From Chloroflexota bacterium (GTDB lineage: Bacteria > Chloroflexota > Dehalococcoidia > Bin125): a stretch of DNA of 64,000 nt. Positions 61,555-64,000 of the stretch are shown one piece after another. The stretch covers positions 4,306-68,305 of the forward strand of contig JAPPJZ010000047.1 of assembly GCA_028874365.1 (NCBI GenBank), in the 5' to 3' direction. The notes beneath the pieces are model-generated. The model worked only from the letters and a program-made list of their open reading frames with translations, was not told where the DNA came from and made no database searches. A program made the position numbers and the translations under genes. Every line of letters begins with the position of its first letter. Within the stretch, counting starts at the first letter, position 1.

Positions 61555-62972
61555 CAGTCGCCGCCGGCCGCGAATCGCCCCAGTTCCCCATCCCCCGCCG
61601 ACGGCTTCTGCGCCCCCATCAACACGACCGGCGCCACCTGCGCCGCGAACGCAGGAACCGGCTGACGCGTCACTCGCGGACTCGACGCCCGCGCCCGTTC
61701 CGGCTCCTGATCGGCCGCAGCCGTGCCAACCTCGAGCGGCAGATGCCGCGTCCGCAGCCAACCCACGGTCGTAAACACCGTCGCCACCAGCGCCACCACC
61801 CCGACCGCGATCAGCGCCTCGCGACCGCCCAGCCACTCCGCCAGCCCGCCCCACACAGGCGCCATCACCGACTGCATCCCGTAGCCCAGCATGATGAACG
61901 ACATCACCCGGCCGAAATACTCGGCCCGCGAGTTTGTCATCATCAGCGACATGTTGATCAACATCACCCCCGACGTCGCCGCGCCCACCGGCAGAGCCAG
62001 CAGGATCAACGTCTCGAACGTCGGCGCGATCGCAAACGCCCACAACGTCACCGAAGACGCCAGCCCGAAGATCAGCAGCAGCGGCCAGGCAAACCGACCG
62101 CTCATCAACCCCGCCAGCGGAATGCTGATCAGTACCGAGGAAATGCCGAACGGCAGGAAGACGATGAACGCCTCCTGAGCCGACCGCCCAAACTCCCGAT
62201 CCATGATCCCCGGCGTCAGCGCGTTCACCGAGAACCCGCAAACGACAATCACCATCCAGTACAGCCACAGCAGACGCAGCCGTCGGTTCGATCGCAGGTA
62301 CGCAAACCCGTGGATCAGATCCCCGAACGCCGAGCGCCGCGGCTGATCGCCCTCCTGCCCCGGCGGCCGCGTTCGCGGCAGCATCGTCGTCAGCGGAACG
62401 ACGATCAGGAAGAACCCCGCCACCGACAGGTACAGCGCCCCCGACGACACCCCGAAGAACACCGCGATCGAACCCAGCATCGGCCCCAACACCCGCGCGA
62501 TGTTCTGCGACATCTGCTGCAGCGCCACCCCGTTGCCCAGCAGCCGGCGCGGGATCAACTCACCCAACCACGCCTGACGCGCCGGACCCATCAACGCAAA
62601 CCCGAAGCCCATCAGCAACGTCGCCAGGAACAAGAGCGGGATCGTGATCACGCCCGTCACGATCATGATCCCCGTAGCCACGATCAGCAGCGCCGGGAAT
62701 ATCTGACCCGCCAGCACCAGCGGCTTCTTCGGATACCGATCCGCGATCACCCCGCCCAGCGGGCCCAGGAAGAACATCGACAGGCCGCTGCCCATCTGCG
62801 CCAGCGTCGACAGCGCGTACGAGCCCGTGATCTCATACCCGACGATCGGCACCAGCAGGAACGTCGTCATGAACGCCGTCGTCGAGAGCAGCGAGCCGCC
62901 CCACAGCAGCCGGTAGTTGCGGTGTCCGAAGGACTCGAAGGCGCCGCCGAAGCGGCCCGACGTTCGGTTCAT
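61554..62972 (-). CDS. MFS transporter, tandem paralog 2
   Basis: GGVIADRYPKK, GPARQAW, NSRAEYFGRV. Confidence 0.9.
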   Translation of the reverse strand: MNRTSGRFGGAFESFGHRNYRLLWGGSLLSTTAFMTTFLLVPIVGYEITGSYALSTLAQMGSGLSMFFLGPLGGVIADRYPKKPLVLAGQIFPALLIVATGIMIVTGVITIPLLFLATLLMGFGFALMGPARQAWLGELIPRRLLGNGVALQQMSQNIARVLGPMLGSIAVFFGVSSGALYLSVAGFFLIVVPLTTMLPRTRPPGQEGDQPRRSAFGDLIHGFAYLRSNRRLRLLWLYWMVIVVCGFSVNALTPGIMDREFGRSAQEAFIVFLPFGISSVLISIPLAGLMSGRFAWPLLLIFGLASSVTLWAFAIAPTFETLILLALPVGAATSGVMLINMSLMMTNSRAEYFGRVMSFIMLGYGMQSVMAPVWGGLAEWLGGREALIAVGVVALVATVFTTVGWLRTRHLPLEVGTAAADQEPERARASSPRVTRQPVPAFAAQVAPVVLMGAQKPSAGDGELGRFAAGGD

Positions 62973-64000
62973 CGCCGAACCTTCTGTGGATCCATCAGCG
63001 CGACCGGCGCGAGCTGCGAGGCGAACGTCGTCTGCGGCTCGAGCCCGTTTGCCGAACCAGCCTCAGCCGGCCCCGGACGCTGCACCAGGGTCCCCACTCG
63101 GCGTCCCATGCTGGCCGCCGCGGTCCCCGCTTCCAGTGGCAGGTTGCGCGTCCGCAGCCAGCCGAACAGCATGATCACCGTCGCCCCCGCCGCGATCACC
63201 CCAATCAACGCCATCGTCTCCGGACCGCCGATCGCGTCCGCGATCCCGCCCCACACCGGACCAAACAGCGCCTGGAATCCAAACGCCATCATCGCAAACG
63301 ACATCACCCGGCCGAAGTAGGCCGGCTTCGTATTCGCCATCATCAACGACTGGTTGACCAGCATCGTCCCCGACCGCCCAGCCCCGATGAACGCGCCCAG
63401 GATCAGGAACATGCCATAGCTTGGCGCAATCGCCACCACCCAGAAGCCGACCGCCATCACCACACCCATGATCATCAGCAGCGGCCACGCCCATCGCCCC
63501 GAGACCGCCCCGGCCAGCAGCACGTTGATCACCAGCGACGACACCCCGAAGATCAGGAAGGTCGGTCCGACATCCGTCGGCGCCCGGCCAAACTCCTGCG
63601 CCAGCACGCCCGGCAGCAGTGTCTGAAATCCCCAGCCGCAGGCCACGATCAACGAGAAGTAAACCCACAGGTGCCGCAGCCGGGGGTTGCCCCGCAGATA
63701 GCGCAGCCCTTCGAGCAGTTCGACTCGCAGAGCGCGCCGCTCTTCGACCGGCTTGGCCGGCCCCTCGGTGCGGATCGAGGCCGTCAATGGCACCACGATG
63801 GCGAAGAACGAAGCGACGATCAGGAAGAGAATCCCCGTGTTAGGTCCCTCGAGCACGATGAAGACCGCGAAGACCGCGATCAGCGTCGGTCCGAGCACCT
63901 GTCCGGTGTTCATCGACATCTGCTGCAATGCGACGGCGTTCGGCAGCAACCGCCGAGGCACGATGTACCCGGTCCAGGCCTGCCGCGACGGACCCATCAG
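62969..64000 (-). CDS. MFS transporter, tandem paralog 1 (5' end outside the window)
   Basis: GPSRQAW, NTKPAYFGRV, same C-tail motif. Confidence 0.88.
   Translation of the reverse strand: MMGPSRQAWTGYIVPRRLLPNAVALQQMSMNTGQVLGPTLIAVFAVFIVLEGPNTGILFLIVASFFAIVVPLTASIRTEGPAKPVEERRALRVELLEGLRYLRGNPRLRHLWVYFSLIVACGWGFQTLLPGVLAQEFGRAPTDVGPTFLIFGVSSLVINVLLAGAVSGRWAWPLLMIMGVVMAVGFWVVAIAPSYGMFLILGAFIGAGRSGTMLVNQSLMMANTKPAYFGRVMSFAMMAFGFQALFGPVWGGIADAIGGPETMALIGVIAAGATVIMLFGWLRTRNLPLEAGTAAASMGRRVGTLVQRPGPAEAGSANGLEPQTTFASQLAPVALMDPQKVRR

Overview
GC-rich (roughly 65%) chromosomal core region with no rRNA, tRNA, CRISPR array or transposase that I can support. The gene mix (Tat-lipoprotein family-5 binding proteins with D/Q/E-rich linkers, five luciferase-like oxidoreductases, atp-murA-mreB-rex cluster) suggests Chloroflexota, Dehalococcoidia-like; this is inference. 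Left to right: carboxylesterase, LLM, APH kinase, PhyH dioxygenase, two tandem peptide-ABC binding proteins plus dppBC, single-chain acyl-CoA carboxylase, leuB, two tiny unannotated paralogous Cys-rich genes, Uma2 nuclease, leuD, a repeat-flanked haloacetate dehalogenase, ADC-like gene, LLM, HigBA toxin-antitoxin, gyrA, AKR, rex, mreB, murA, the full atp operon, BFN nuclease, MFS, pyrF, comB, MoxR/DUF58/DUF4129, cinA, an amber-interrupted membrane gene, MBL hydrolase, flotillin/NfeD, LLMs, CDGSH protein, MscS, AHL-lactonase-like gene and at least 5 tandem MFS paralogs. Best lead: between leuD/Uma2 and leuB, two ~53-aa paralogs both end CCGNYGDPGC-UGA. Each UGA is followed, at identical spacing, by the same 6-bp GCGCUC/GAGCGC hairpin with a G-rich loop and by an open in-frame extension (His-rich in one copy). 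This is the signature of a candidate selenoprotein pair (C-U motif plus SECIS) whose family I do not recognise. Other leads: a ~235-aa His/acid-rich insertion in ATP synthase subunit a, a HAD gene inside the atp operon, an AT3-rich patch over a non-canonical gyrA QRDR, Cys-to-Asp MurA, a candidate Rex box before atp, and a shared (A)GGD C-terminus on unrelated proteins.
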